Below, piece by piece: positions 1 to 12,447 of a DNA stretch of 64,000 nucleotides. A model generated the notes under the pieces. The model did not search any database and was not told the origin of the DNA. It saw only the letters and a list, made by a program, of their open reading frames with translations. Within the stretch, counting starts at the first letter, position 1, and every line of letters begins with the position of its first letter. The position numbers and the translations under genes are program-made. Origin of the DNA: Octopus vulgaris (taxonomy: Eukaryota); contig OX597820.1 of NCBI GenBank assembly GCA_951406725.2, positions 127,348,001-127,412,000 on the forward strand. The letters run 5' to 3'.

Positions 1-1147
1 ATCCAGCCCACCCCAGCATGGAAAATGAACACTAAATGATATAATGGATGTATGTGTTTGTGTTAATTTGTGTCTTGACATCACATGATGGTTGTAAACA
101 AGCATCACTGTCATACAAGCAGTGTGATTCATTTTCAGTCCTCCATGAACAACATGTATGGTCATGGTCAATATTATCTTGCTTGGAAACAGATGAGGAC
201 TGATGACAAGAAGGGCATTTGGCTCTTGAATATTATTTGCTTTGCTAAATTCCATCTAATCCATGCAAGCATAGAAAATTGGGCATTAACCCTTTAGCAT
301 TTAAACCAGCCGTATACAACCAGAATATTGTACCTATTTCATGTTCAAACTGGCCAGATCTGGCCTCTCACACTACCCTTACAATATCATTCTAAAATTA
401 ATTTATCCCATTAAAATCTCTAAGCCATGAAATAATGAATGATTGACTGACAAAATAATGTGAACCCTAAAAGCTTAAATGATAATATATTTGCTGTTGT
501 GCCCTTTTGTTTTTTTGGGGGTTTTGTTACGCTTGTATTCAGGTCAGTCTAACTGTAACTCTTGAAATCTCTGGTATCAAGTAATGTTTATTCTACTTTG
601 GTTTGTGAAGAAATATAGACTGATCTTCAGAAATTCTCTGTCAATTCTTCCATTGCTATCCAAAGGTTTTCTTTTAGCAAAAGTTCTGTATCAACATTCT
701 GGCTTCAAACATGTAAACTTTTGCTGAATGTATATACTTTAACGGTAGACTAATGAACCAGGGATGGTAGCAGTATTTTTGTAGTTCTCTCGTCATTTAC
801 TTTATAATTAGTTTAACATTCTGTTTTCTATTTTAACTTGAGTTCTAGTGCCTGCAGGATAGTATATTTCTTGTATAAGTGTCTGTTATATTTATAGTGT
901 AAATATCTTTTTTCTAGATGCCACTTCTACAAAGGAGAACTTTTTAAACATAATAAAGAGGAAATATACTTTAAAAATTCAGTCTTAGTTTATTTGTGAA
1001 ACCGGCAATACTTTAGCTTTTCCCTTTTGCTTAAAATAACTGCTTCCAGTCATAAAAAATAAATGCCGATCGTTTGTTCATTTAACAATTTTTTTCTTTT
1101 GTCATAGTCGTGTCTCAATTTGTCCCTTTTTTTCCTTTGTTATTCAG

Positions 1148-1264
1148 AAAGCCATAAAAAATGCATCTGGTGTTCCAGCATTGACCCGACTTTTACGGAA
1201 ATCTTCAGATGAAGAAGTTAAAGAAATGGTTACTGGTGTCTTATGGAATCTGTCTTCATGTGAA
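1148..1264 (+). CDS. CTNND2: p120/delta-catenin-family gene, internal exon (ARM repeat), phase 0-0
   Basis: Pyrimidine tract + ttattcAG acceptor, GTAAGA donor. Translates [39 protein letters not shown], matching the p120-family AIKNxxGxPALxRLLRK...[10 protein letters not shown] repeat. The symbol indicates family only; invertebrate genes are co-orthologous to CTNND1/CTNND2/ARVCF/PKP4. Confidence 0.93.
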
Positions 1265-2759
1265 GTAAGAACTTTATTCTTTCTCCATCATTTTCCTTCT
1301 TGCCAACACTAGAACCACTTTAATATGTGGAATATTTATGCATAATTATTGATATTGGGTTGTTAAGCGTAACCCTTTGCTGTCCTTCCCACCCACCCAC
1401 CCGTACTCGACTCAAAATTCAAATTTTGCAAGGAATCAGTTGTCATTTTTCTGAAACAATGAAATAACAATATCCATAACAGATGTTCTTAGCTTTGTAT
1501 TTCTCTGTTTGGAAACTTTATTCCTCCATTTGAGAATCGTTTACTGATGATGTCATAAAAGTTTAGAAACTTCGAGAGAATGTGAAATAATTCGTTTTTG
1601 GAACAGTAAAACTAGAAGCAACTAAAGCCATTTTTTATCTAAAGAGATTTTTAACTTAATATTTACCTGCTATTATTTATAGTTTTATCTGCTTTGAGTG
1701 TCACTATTCCAGAAAAGAATTATTTGATGTTCTCTCAGTCAAAATTTCTTAAGTCTTAAACCACAACATAAATATTTTACTAATGACAATTTAATCTGCT
1801 GCACAACTTCTCTACAAAATTTAGCTAGTGGCCTAGAGCCTTTTTTAAAGGAATCATTGTTTGCAAAACTAGTGGATATTTGGTAAATTATTCCTGCTGC
1901 AACCCGAAAAAATTCAATGATGTGAATTTCAATGCAAGGCTGCTTTATTTTTGTTTTCGTTTTTCCTAATTCCTGTACCAATACCATTTTAAATTATGAA
2001 ATTTGCCCAGGATATTTACAATAAATAACACTAAAAATCACATTTCAATTTTTTTTTCTTTAAAAATTAGAGTTTTAGTTTTAATTTCAGATTATCATAT
2101 TTTTATAAAAAGGTTTTATCAATTTGAAATTAAATTCTGAAAAAATAAATAAATAAAATGATTTGTAAAAGAAAATAGCAACACTTTTTTTTTTCATTTA
2201 GAAAATTTTAAACAAAAAATATGACATTACAAATAATTACCTGTTAAAACAGTTTAAATTCTTTTGATACCAAAGCACCTGACACTGTCCCTGGTTCTAT
2301 GATGTAAACTTTCTGTTTTAAAACCTTCCATCCAAATTTCATGAATTTATGCTCCAGACACCAACTCAATAATAAGTTATTATATTGAATTCTTCATTTT
2401 TCCCAAAATTAATTAAAAGAAACAGAATTATGATGACTAAAGGGTTAAACTCTTAGTATAATTTCTACTTCGAAACAGAAATATTTATGTTTTAATTAGC
2501 TTTCATAAGTTTATCATGTTTGTTGCCAATAATGAATAAGCTAAGAAAGCAGGAATTGCATCTTGGTTATTTGTTATGACCAACTTAAGGCTTGGCTGTT
2601 AGTATTTGTTTTATTTCGTTGCCCCTGGATATAACTCAATGATCTACTCCTCCCCACCGCCACATTAGAAGAAGCACTACTTACCTCTACTCGCAGCAAA
2701 AGGCACTAAAATTATTGAAAGCAGAGTTTAACCTTTCCAGTACCAATCTCTCTCGAGTC

Positions 2760-2809
2760 TGTCCTCTGCCATTGCTTCTATGTTTGTCCTCTGCCATTGC
2801 TTCTATGTT
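2760..2809 (+). repeat. 26-bp tandem duplication
   Basis: tgtcctctgccattgcttctatgtt occurs twice in succession. Confidence 0.9.
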
Positions 2810-3039
2810 ATAAAAACCTTTCTCTGTAAGTGTTCATATTTATATTTAAACCTTTCCTCAGGATTTTGCTTGAAGAACTTTTGCTATGTTCTAAACACCA
2901 GCAGGAATAATGAGAAGAAAAAAGTTGTTTACTAAATAAATTCTTCCAGATTTTTATCATTATTTCCAAAATCAGCAGTGTGTGCCATTAGGAAAAAATA
3001 TCCTTGTGATATCAACCCACCTGAAATACCCTTACTTCT

Positions 3040-3245
3040 ATGATGCAAGCATGGCACCAGTGTCGGTGGCATGTAAAAAGCACCCACTACACTTACAGAG
3101 TGGTTGGCATTAGGAAGGGCATCCAGCTGTAGAAACACTGCCAGATCAGACTGGAGCCTGGTGCAGACCCTGGCTTCCCAGACCCCGGTCGAACTGTCCA
3201 ACCCATGCTAGCATGGAGAACAGACGTTAAACGATGATGATGATG
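3040..3245 (+). mobile_element. retroposon 3' module (family C) ending in (GAT)n
   Basis: aaaaagcacccactacac...ggttggcattaggaagggcatccagctgtagaaac...acccatgctagcatgga...acgttaaacgatgatgatg. Other copies at 4350-4556, 5745-5913, 54640-54785 and 1-45. Confidence 0.85.
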
Positions 3246-4572
3246 TAACATTAAATCTTCCCAGCAATGTTTCTTGCAAAGTCGTGTTCCAAGTACCAAT
3301 TTAATAATGACTAAGTTACTTAACTAAATACTTCGAAATTAGTCGAAACAAAGGCAGTGTGTGTTTCCAACACAAATCTAGAACAAAAAGGCTAAGAGGA
3401 TTACCATACACTTCATTCTCCCAAATGGAAATTGCTCCAAAACCCAGCCCATTTGAGACCCCCTCTGGTTCCATGATACAAAGTGAACTCAATAAAAACC
3501 TCCTTAAAAAAATCCATACTAATTTGTGTTCCAAACACCAGCATTATTCATGGCTTTACTAAATTCTTCATTATTTTCAAACTTAATTGAAACAAAAGCA
3601 AGTAACAAAAAGGTTAAATAACACTTTGAGTGTTGCATACGCAACAAAAAGCCACTGCTTCTTTTAAAGACAAGGTGAAGTTGAGGAAGTTTTTAGTGAT
3701 GGCCCAGTGATCAATTTGCTTCTAGAGCATTAACTGCCTTTCACAGTGACTGCTATATGTTAAATTGTAATGATATTGCTTCTGTTGGCTTATAGATCTG
3801 TTTGCTTTTCTATTATTTGGCTGCTTCAAGTTTTCTCCACATCAAATAAACCTCTCCATGCATGGCCTCCAAATTTATTATTGCATTTGTATTTGACAAT
3901 AATATGTTTGATTCAAAAGTTGATGAATAAATTGCTCAAGTGTTTATACACACTTTACAACAAGTCCACAAGCTTTATTCCAAAATACACTGTGTGTGTG
4001 TGTGTGTTATAACTCCTGTGCATAGCTGACTGGAACTAAATCCATACTCAGTTTTTATTAAAATTCTGTTTATCACAATTTAATTTAACAAGAGACAATC
4101 TCAACCATATCACATTTATTTACACATTAGTATTTCTTTTCTTTATTAGTACTTATAAAATGCAGACATGTCTGTGTGTTTGAGAAGCTTGCTTCCCATC
4201 TATGTGGTTTCAGGTTCAGGCCCACTGCACAGTACTTTGGGCAAGTGTCTTCTATTGTAGTGCCAAGCTGAGCAAAACCTTGTGAGTGGGTTAGGTAGAT
4301 GGAAACTGGAAGAAACCCATCATGAGTGTCTGTGTGTATAATAAAGATCCGAGCATGGTCGTTGCCAGTACTGCCTGACTGGTATGTAAAAGCACCCACT
4401 ACAATCTCGGAGTGGTTGACGTTAGGAAGGGCATCCAGCTGTAGAAACTCTGCCAGATCAAGATTGGAGCCTGGTGCAGCCATCTGGTTCACCAGCCCTC
4501 AGTCATTCATCCAACCCATGCTAGCATGGAAAGTGGACGTTAAACAATGATGATGATATATATATATATATA

Positions 4573-4603
<31 letters not shown>

Positions 4604-4783
4604 AAAGGTCCTGGGAGATTAGAAAGATAGAGTATTTCCAATGCAGCACTGAATCTGAGCTTTAGGCTGTCTCTACTTTCAGATTATAGTCTCAAGTAAG
4701 ATCAGAATTCTTCAGGTGTAGAAAACCAAAGTGTCACAACAGTAAAACCATTGTGTGTTAGTTTAGCAAGGAATGAAATATAA

Positions 4784-5163
4784 TCCAAATATGAAGACAG
4801 AGAAAGAGCTTATCACATCTTTAATGGGTTGGTTACAATTGTTTCTGTACCAATTGTTTTCAACACTCGTACAAGCAATAGTTCCAAGTGAGAATTTTTG
4901 AAATATTGACAGTTTTAGACATTATAGTTCTTCAGACTTACATCAAAGGTGCACTCTTACATTATACCCAATTGTGGCACAATGTAAGAAAACGTCTTTG
5001 ATGCAGGCCTGAAGAAATGTCACTCTGATGTTTAGAACTGCAAATATTATGTAAATGTTCACTTGGAAGTGTTGCATGAACTGGCATTGAAAGCAGAGTT
5101 GGCACAGAAACAATTGTAACTGATCATTAAAGATGTGATAAAATCCTGGTCTTCTTATTTGGA
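4784..5163. repeat. older diverged fold-back with decayed hammerhead-like motifs
   Basis: Arms 4784-4948 and 4996-5163 are imperfect reverse complements (ttcttcagacttacatcaaag vs ctttgatgcaggcctgaagaa; ttacaattgtttctgt vs acagaaacaattgtaa). Confidence 0.65.
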
Positions 5164-5184
5164 TGCTATATATATATATATGAG

Positions 5185-5415
5185 GTGGCAAGCTGGCAGA
5201 AACGTTAGCGCGCTGGGCGAAATGCTTAGTGGTATTTCGTCTGTCGTTACATTCTGAGTTCAAATTCCGCCGAGGTCAACTTTGCCTTCCATCCTTTCGG
5301 GGTCGATAAATAAAATACCAGTTTCACACTGGGGTCGATGTAATCAACTTAATCCCTTTGTCTGTCCTTGTTTGTCCCCTCTATGTTTAGCCCCTTGTGG
5401 GTAGTGAAGAAATAT
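5185..5415 (+). mobile_element. tRNA-derived SINE, family A (Nin/Deu-like central domain)
   Basis: ggcaagctggcagaaacgttagc...gagttcaaattcc (B box-like)...ctttgccttccatcctttcggggtcgataaa...gccccttgtggg. Many copies in the window. Confidence 0.85.
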
Positions 5416-6711
5416 ATATATAAAGTGGGTTATAAATGAGCATCGCTGTAATACAAGTGTTGTGATTCCAGTCTTCTATGAAAAAACCTCTGGCCATGTG
5501 GGAATATTATCTTTGCTGGAAACAGGTGAGGGTTGGGGACAGGAAGGGTACCCAGCCATACAAAATCTGTCTCAATGAATTCCATCTGACCCATGCAAGT
5601 ATGGAAACCTGGACATTTTTAAAAGCTTCATGAATAAATTAGTCAAGTGTTTAAGACTCATTGAAACAAAGCTTTATTCTAAAATATGTTGTTCAATTTA
5701 TGTGTGTGTGTGTGTGTGTTATCTTTATTTCTATACAATTTACCAATGCCACATAAAAAGCACCCAGCACACTCTGTAAAGTGGTTGATGTTAGGAAAAG
5801 CATCCAGTCATAGAAACCATGCCAAATCAGACTGGAATCTGGTGCAGCTAACCTGCTTGCTAACCCATGCCAGCATGGAAAATGGTCGTTAAATAATGAG
5901 GATGATGATGATGAATTTCTATATATGGCTGAGTGGATCTAAACCCATACTAAATTTTTTTTATTAAAATTCAATTTATCACATTAATTTAACAAAAGTG
6001 ATCATCTCAACCATACCACATTTGTTTATCACATGCCAGCATTTCTTTTCTTTATTAGAATTGACAAATCTGAGATATTTGGAAAATCTTATTAAAAAAT
6101 TTTGAAATTTTATTCTAACTTCAATTCAAAACACACAAACACATACAAGTACCCCAAAAAATGTTTTCCAAAACTGATTTCTTCTGTATTATTTGCTATG
6201 GATTCCTCTAGAATCTCTATCCTTTTCAGATAAGGCTTCTCTGACGCCTGTGCTGTTTTGCCATCAGATACAAACACATGAAATCGAGTACTTTAGCTTT
6301 TACACTTCATAGATTTCAAATTGATTCAGCTGAAATATCTAATTCTTGCCTTCACTCTCCAAAAACTTAATCATCATCAAATCAGATTTTTCTCTGCTTG
6401 TTGTGGTTAGACAAGTATTCCCATTTAGTATCTCAATCATGCACATTAATCTTGTGTGGTTTCATTTATGAAGATTAATGTTTCGGAACCTGACCCCCTT
6501 GCCACCCGCTTTCCCTACCCTTTGTTACAGACCTGTACAACGTAGCACCCCCCACCACCACCTCCAGTATGAATCGTTCATTTCTGTTACATGTCCAAAC
6601 CAGAGTTGTTTGTCTCTGTGCATACATCTATGTCAGTCAATGCTTTTTATTTTGTACTCATAGAAACACACACACACATATATGGGTATATGTATATATA
6701 CACACACATAT

Positions 6712-6975
6712 ATGTATAGATGCATTTGTAGGTATATGTATAGATGCATGCATAGGTGTATATATAGATGCATGCAGAAGTGTATGTATAGGTGCATGCA
6801 TAGGTGTGTGTACAGGTGCACACATAGGTGTGTGTATAGGTGCATGCATAGCTGTGTGTACAAATGCATGCATAGGTGTATGTACAGATGCATGCATAGG
6901 TGTGTGTACAGATGCATGCATAGCTGTGTTTATAGGTGCACGCAGGTGTATGTATAGATGCATGCATAGGTGTAT
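6712..6975 (+). repeat. 24-bp minisatellite, about 11 copies
   Basis: Unit approximately GATGCATGCATAGGTGTGTGTACA; explains the overlapping repetitive ORFs at 6569-7027. Confidence 0.92.
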
Positions 6976-7890
6976 ATGTATACACACTCAGGTGTATGAA
7001 CACGGGTATATATGTATACACACATAAGTATGTATGTCTTTATATATATACACACACACACACATAATTGTGTATACATACACATATAAACATGCACACA
7101 CACACACACACACACACATGCACACACACATGAGCATGAAAGATGATAGCTGTCTCAATCAATCTACTTCATCCTGATAATCTCCTCCTATGTCTGTGTG
7201 TTCTGATATGATTCTTAAGACCAGCAGTTGACCTGCAAGGCTTTGAATGTCTATGACAGATAAGATTGAAAACTTTTGCAGGATTTATATAGCATATTTG
7301 TAGTATGATAGATAATCTTATGCTCTCTCATGTACCTTTTCAAACCTGTGTTACTCTTGACAATTTTTCCTTATGCTACACAGGTGTTGTTGCCATTAAA
7401 TCTTTGTTATATGCATCATTATTTCATAAATATTGTGCAATTTCATGTGGCTTATGTAGCCAGCTGTTTTTTTTTTGTTGTTTTTTTCTGTGTGTGTGTT
7501 AGTGTTTATATCACTATTGGCCAGGCTAACAAATGTTGCATATTGTTTGTCACAATGTGCTTCCTCCCATCATTATAGCTTTCGTCTTTCTAGCTAAGTG
7601 GAAAGACCAACTCAACATTCTCCTTCAACAGAATGCCAGACTATTGTGGAGCAGCGTGAAATAATGTTTTGGCTCAAGTACCCAATGCACTACCAGTGTG
7701 AGAATTGAAACCACACTCTTGTGATCGTGAGTGCAACACCCTAACCATTAAGCCATGTGCCTTCGCATATTTGTACACAAACACTCACACAGAAATGGAT
7801 TATAGGATGGTGGGGGTTTTTTGGGGGTTTTTTTGTTTTTTTAAATGAAATAATTTACTGTTTTCTGAGTTGCAACTTTTTATTTTTCAG

Positions 7891-8048
7891 GATCTTAAAA
7901 AAGCCATCATTGATGATAGTTTGACTGTCTTGGTTATGATTGTAATGATTCCACATTCTGGTTGGGGTCGGCAAGGAACTGCTCAACCTCAGCCACCACC
8001 TGGGCAGCTATGGACTACAGTTTTTAGAAATGCTAGTGGTGTTATAAG
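7891..8048 (+). CDS. CTNND2: delta-catenin-like internal exon, phase 0-2
   Basis: tttttcAG / GTAAAA. DLKKAIIDDSLTVLVMIVMIPHSGW...WTTVFRNASGVIR contains the family IPHSGW and VxRNAxG motifs; in frame with the previous exon. Confidence 0.95.
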
Positions 8049-8093
8049 GTAAAAATCAGATCTTTATTATTACTACTACTACTACTACTAATA

Positions 8094-8310
8094 AGGCAGT
8101 GAGCTGGCAGTATCGTTAGCATGCCAGGCAAAATGCTTAGCGGCATTTTGACCATCCTTACGTTCTGAGTTCAAATTCCACTGAGGTCAGCTTTGTCTTG
8201 CATCCTTTTGGGGTCAGTAAATTATCAGTGAATCACTGGGGTCAATGTAATCGACTAGTCCCCTCCCCCAAACTTTCAGGCCTTGTGCCTTTAGTAGAAA
8301 TGATTATTAT
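8094..8310 (+). mobile_element. SINE family A copy
   Basis: Same head and central domain as 5185-5415, with a different tail ending in (ATT)n. Confidence 0.8.
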
Positions 8311-8790
8311 GAGGGAGAGTCAAAAATTATATGCACACTTGGTTGTTTTCAATATATTTACACAAAAGCAACGGATAAACAAGTGCAGGATTTCTCTACA
8401 GAGTCTCCTTCCTTTTCAGTCTCCTTCCTTTTCAGTCTCCTTCCTTTTCAGTCTCCTTCCTTTTCAGTCTCCTTCCTTTTCGGTGCACTTGGGTCCAGCT
8501 GTCCACAACTTGCATATTTCCTCCAAAAAGGTTTTTGGTTGGTCGTGCAACCATTTATGCATAACTTCCTTCACATCCTCATCCTGTAGGAAATCGACAA
8601 CCTCATAAACCATCTTTGGGCAGTCCAAAAATATGATGGTCAGATGGCCCGAGATTTGGGCTGCAGGTAGGGTGTTCCAGCACCTCAGAACCCAGTTGGT
8701 TAATGGTTTCGATGGTTGGCTGGTTGTGTGTAGGTGTGCATTGTCATTCAACAGCAAAACTTTCTTCAATAATGGCCTTCAGTGTGACAA
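8311..8790 (-). mobile_element. mariner (Tc1/mariner) transposon remnant, transposase C-terminus
   Basis: Minus strand VLLLNDNAHLH (cf. LLHDNARPH), a frameshifted HPPYSPDLAPSD-like segment, and DEDVKEVMHKWLHDQPKTF...KCTEKEGD (cf. RWxKCxxxxGDY). TIR-like gagggagagtcaaaaattat near 8311. Frameshifted, so inactive. Confidence 0.88.
8401..8480 (+). repeat. 16-bp tandem repeat (CAGTCTCCTTCCTTTT) x5
   Basis: Five consecutive units read directly; the first starts with G. Confidence 0.95.
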
Positions 8791-8841
8791 TAATAAAGAT
8801 ATGTTATAGCCAAAGTGCAGATAATATTTGACTTCCCTTCA

Positions 8842-9425
8842 TCTCTATATATTTAAACTGCAAAATGTCTGTCTGTGTGTGTGTCCTTTATACAAAGCCA
8901 CAATTTTTCAGTTAGAGGGCTTGCACTTTCTATGGTCATTCAAAACCATCCAATGGTGGTCGTGCACATCTTTACATTTCCCCAGTCACCCCGCAAAGCC
9001 CTTAAAAAATCAATAGAAGTGACTTTTTTGTGAATTTTCTATCCAAAACCCAATCAAAATGCCCGAAACTTGATACGCCAATTGAATGCCAGCTAGCTGT
9101 ATGTGATTTGTCGGATATTTGGGCAGTATTGGCAGAAACATTAGCGTGCCGGGCGAAATGCTTAGCGGTATTTCGTCTGGCGCAACGTTGTGAGTTCAAA
9201 TTCCGCTGAGGTCGACTTTGCCTTTCATCCTTTCGGGGTCGATAAATTAAGTACCAGTTACGCACTGGGGTCGATGTAATCGACTTAATATCTATGTCTG
9301 TCCTTGTTTGTCCCCTCTATGTTTAGCCCCTTGTGGGTAATAAAGAAATAGGTATGTGCGCATGCACGCAGCTGTATATGCATGCACTAGCACTATGACT
9401 CGGTGTTGCCGGGTCATAGTGGTAG
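8842..9425 (+). mobile_element. non-autonomous Helitron-like element with a nested SINE
   Basis: Starts a|TCtctatatatttaaa...gtctgtctgt. Ends in a hairpin ctagcactatgactcgg-tgttg-ccgggtcatagtggtag|t (CTAG-like end). Sits between A and T with no TSD. Confidence 0.55.
9125..9350 (+). mobile_element. SINE family A copy
   Basis: Near-consensus copy (gtcgactttgcctttcatcctttcggggtcgataaattaagtaccag). Confidence 0.85.
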
Positions 9426-10077
9426 TATTATTAATATTTTGTTGTTGTTTAGCCCCTCCCCCCTGTTAACACTGATTATTCCTATGGTCATAGGCATCCC
9501 ATCCATCTCGCCTCCCTTCTGTTGCAGACATAATGCTTGTTTGTTTCAGCATCCATTTCTTATGGTAGCATGTGTTAGACAAAAATGTTTTGAAACCTTA
9601 TGTCCTTTCTGTTGCTAACCTTTACCAGTTCATCCTGAGATCTTTTATATTCCTCACTGCTTTGATGGTACAATGTCAATGTGGACACGGACACACCCAC
9701 CCACTAGTCTTTCAGTTTTCATCTGCCAAATTCATTCTCAAAGCTTTGGCCAACCCAAGGCTGTTGTAGAAGACGCAGTTCAAGGCTGCAGGTAATGGAA
9801 CTGAACCCAAAACCATGTGGTTAAGAAGTGAATTTCTTTACTACTAGGCCATGTCTACATCTGTAGCACTATGTAAGTGGTAGAGCACTTCACTAAATAC
9901 TTTACTTTAATTTTTAAGATGAGGGATTGACAGAAAGAATCATGAGTGTTGGATTAAGCAACTTATGGGACTTACTCCATCACTTAGCACTCCGAGTTCA
10001 AATCCTACTAAGGCCTTCTATGGACCTGGGCTGATCAAAATCTTCTGAGTGGATTTGGTAGACAGAAACTGATAGTA

Positions 10078-10305
10078 AGGCAGCAAGCTGGCAGAAACGT
10101 TAGCACACCAGGCGAAATGCTCAGCGGTATTTCGTCTGCCCTTACGTTCTGAGTTCAAATTCCATCGAGGTCAACTTTGCCTTTCATCCTTTCAGGGTCA
10201 ATAAATTAAGTACCAGTTACACACTGGGATCGTTATAATCGACTCAATCCATTTGTCCTTGTTTGTCCCCTCTGTGTGTAGCCCCTTGTGGGCAGTAAAG
10301 AAATA
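10078..10305 (+). mobile_element. SINE family A copy, inserted in a family B fragment
   Basis: Similar to 5185-5415; flanked by agaaactgatagt at about 10064 and about 10307. Confidence 0.85.
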
Positions 10306-10636
10306 AGAAACTGATAGTTCATTGTATGTGTGTGTATGTGTATATATGTGTGCATGTGTTTGTATATGCATGTATATGTGAGTGTGTGTATATGTATATA
10401 TAAATATATATGCAAGCACAAATGTGTGTGTGGGATGGGGTATATGATTGTCTCTTTGTCTTGTGATTGTCGTAAATGACTGTCATTTATTTCCAATAGT
10501 TTGCATAAACCTATCTGTCCATGAGGAGGAAATATTTCTTTGTTTTGGAGCAGTTAAATGTTGGCAATGGGAAGAAAATCTGCTTCAATAAATTTCGTCC
10601 AACTCCTGCGAACATGGAATAGTGAACATCAAAACA

Positions 10637-10667
<31 letters not shown>

Positions 10668-10686
10668 CTTTGTTTCTTCTTTGCAG

Positions 10687-10922
10687 AAATATTAGCTCTG
10701 CTGGTTATCAAAGTAGGAAAAGATTACGAGAGTGTGACGGCCTTGTAGAATCACTTATACATACAGTAAAAACAGCAATTGGTCAAAGTGACATCGATAA
10801 CAAGCCTGTAGAAAATTGTGTCTGTATTCTTCGGAATTTGTCATATCGTATCCAAGAAGTGGACGATCCAGATTTTTTCAAAAAACGAACGCAACAACGA
10901 CAACAGAAGATGTTAGAAAAGG
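10687..10922 (+). CDS. CTNND2: delta-catenin-like internal exon, phase 2-1
   Basis: ttgcAG / [29 protein letters not shown]...[19 protein letters not shown] is the hallmark p120-family sequence. Confidence 0.97.
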
Positions 10923-12113
10923 GTAAAAATGAAATTTTGGTTTTGACTTTTAGTGTTTTTTTAGTATGTTAAGTACCTAGGCTGCTACAATAGTAAATTA
11001 TTTTCATGGGGTGGCTGAAGGGCAACAGGGGATGATGTGAACATTACTATTAAAGTAATGGAAGTTTAATTGAAAGATAAAATGTTATTTATATTGCAAT
11101 AATTTTTTTTTTTCCTGTTTTAGCATAAATATTTTGATGAATCCTTCCTTCTCAGTATTACACACGGCTGCCATTTACACTCCCCACCACTTACTTTGTT
11201 CATCACTCACTTTATCCACCCCCATGTTCCTCTCTCTCATAGTACCTCCCCCCCCCCCCATTCACACTTCACATCATCCCCTGTTGCCCTTCAGCCACCC
11301 CCTTTTTATATTGTCACTTGTCACCTCTGCCTCCTTGACCCACTCCTATTTCCTTCACCTTCTACCTCTCCCCCAAACTGATATCCACCATGGACCACAC
11401 CTCCACCCTTATTCACCATTCACTAAATTCGCCTCTTTTCCCACCCCCAATCATCTGCTACTTCCTCATCCACTTTCTTCCTCATCCAATTTCTTTCTCT
11501 CTTACACTCACCTTCTTATACCTTGAGGATACACTCTGAAACCTCATCATCATCACTTCTTTCTTTCCAACTTGGGTACCTGTATATCCATCTCCTCTAC
11601 AGCTTCACCTGTTTCTCTCCCTCTCATACTTTATTTAATCTTTCATCACCTGGCACAAAGCCATCTCCCTCAATACTAAACCCCCATTCAGTCTAGGGGT
11701 TTTGTCTTGAGACTTACTTGGTGATTTCATTAGTGCTGGTGCTGCAAAGGGAAGCACCCAGTACAATGCAAATTGGTTGGTGTTAGGAAGGGCATCTAGC
11801 CATAGAAGCTTATACCTTGCTTGATAGCATATATCTTCTATAACATCTAATACAAATAAACTTTGAAACACCTTAAAAAATTTGGGAATATTATTTGCTG
11901 GAAGTTTAACCATTTTGGTTAAGCATTTTCTATGTTGCAGTTAGTTTTGAAAATAATCTACAATTTGGAGGATTTAATAAAATAAATCTTACTCATTTTA
12001 CTTTGGTTAATTATTTGGAACATAACAGAAGTGAAGATTCTGAAGTAAAATTATGATGGGTGCTTTTAAATTTAGATGTGGACCTTTAAAACGAGAGGTT
12101 TTTATATCGTAGA

Positions 12114-12180
12114 TATGCCATATGTCTTTCAATAACCAGTTTATCTTAGATAAGCTGGTTATTGAAAGAGGTATGGCATA
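12114..12180. repeat. 67-nt hairpin
   Basis: tatgccatatgtctttcaataaccagtttatct-t-agataagctggttattgaaagaggtatggcata. Confidence 0.85.
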
Positions 12181-12447
12181 CATGTATGTTAATATGATTA
12201 TTATTTAAACTATTGCATTCAAACTGATCAAGTTCAGTTACCACAAAGGCAATGCCCTTTTTTCAAGCCAACCATATTTGGTCTTTGGCATAGAAACCTG
12301 TTTTCCTTTGTTTCAATATTTCAAAATTTTATTTGAACACATCACCAGATGCTAGTATTTATAAATGACTGCTAGAAAAGATATAGTGTTAATGAATGCT
12401 AAAGGGTGATATAATGTAACATTTGAAATGTGTTTATTTTAATATAG

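Noticed and set aside
1544-1576. CTGATGA...GAAAC hammerhead-like string
   Set aside because: No convincing stem II, stem III or cleavage triplet.
2932-3299. Recurring ORFs with LAVFLQLDALPNANHS-like peptides (also 4127, 11635, 20280)
   Set aside because: Translations of a non-coding repeat family, not a gene family.
6569-7127. Cys/His-rich repetitive ORFs resembling metallothionein or keratin-associated proteins
   Set aside because: Open in nearly all frames because of a 24-bp minisatellite; no splice or homology support.
8401-8480. CRISPR-like array
   Set aside because: Contiguous repeats with no spacers, in eukaryotic intronic DNA.
10622-10686. Poly-Met N-terminus of the 116-aa ORF as a gene start
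   Set aside because: It is the (GAT)n tail of a repeat plus the acceptor tract; the real exon begins at 10687.
11134-11640. Pro/His/Leu-rich ORFs in a C/T-rich tract
   Set aside because: Compositional bias of a decayed repeat or low-complexity region; no splice signals in phase with the gene.
12114-12180. pre-miRNA
   Set aside because: The size fits, but the loop is almost absent, it lies within a decayed MITE-like region, and I recognise no miRNA family. Small-RNA data would be needed.
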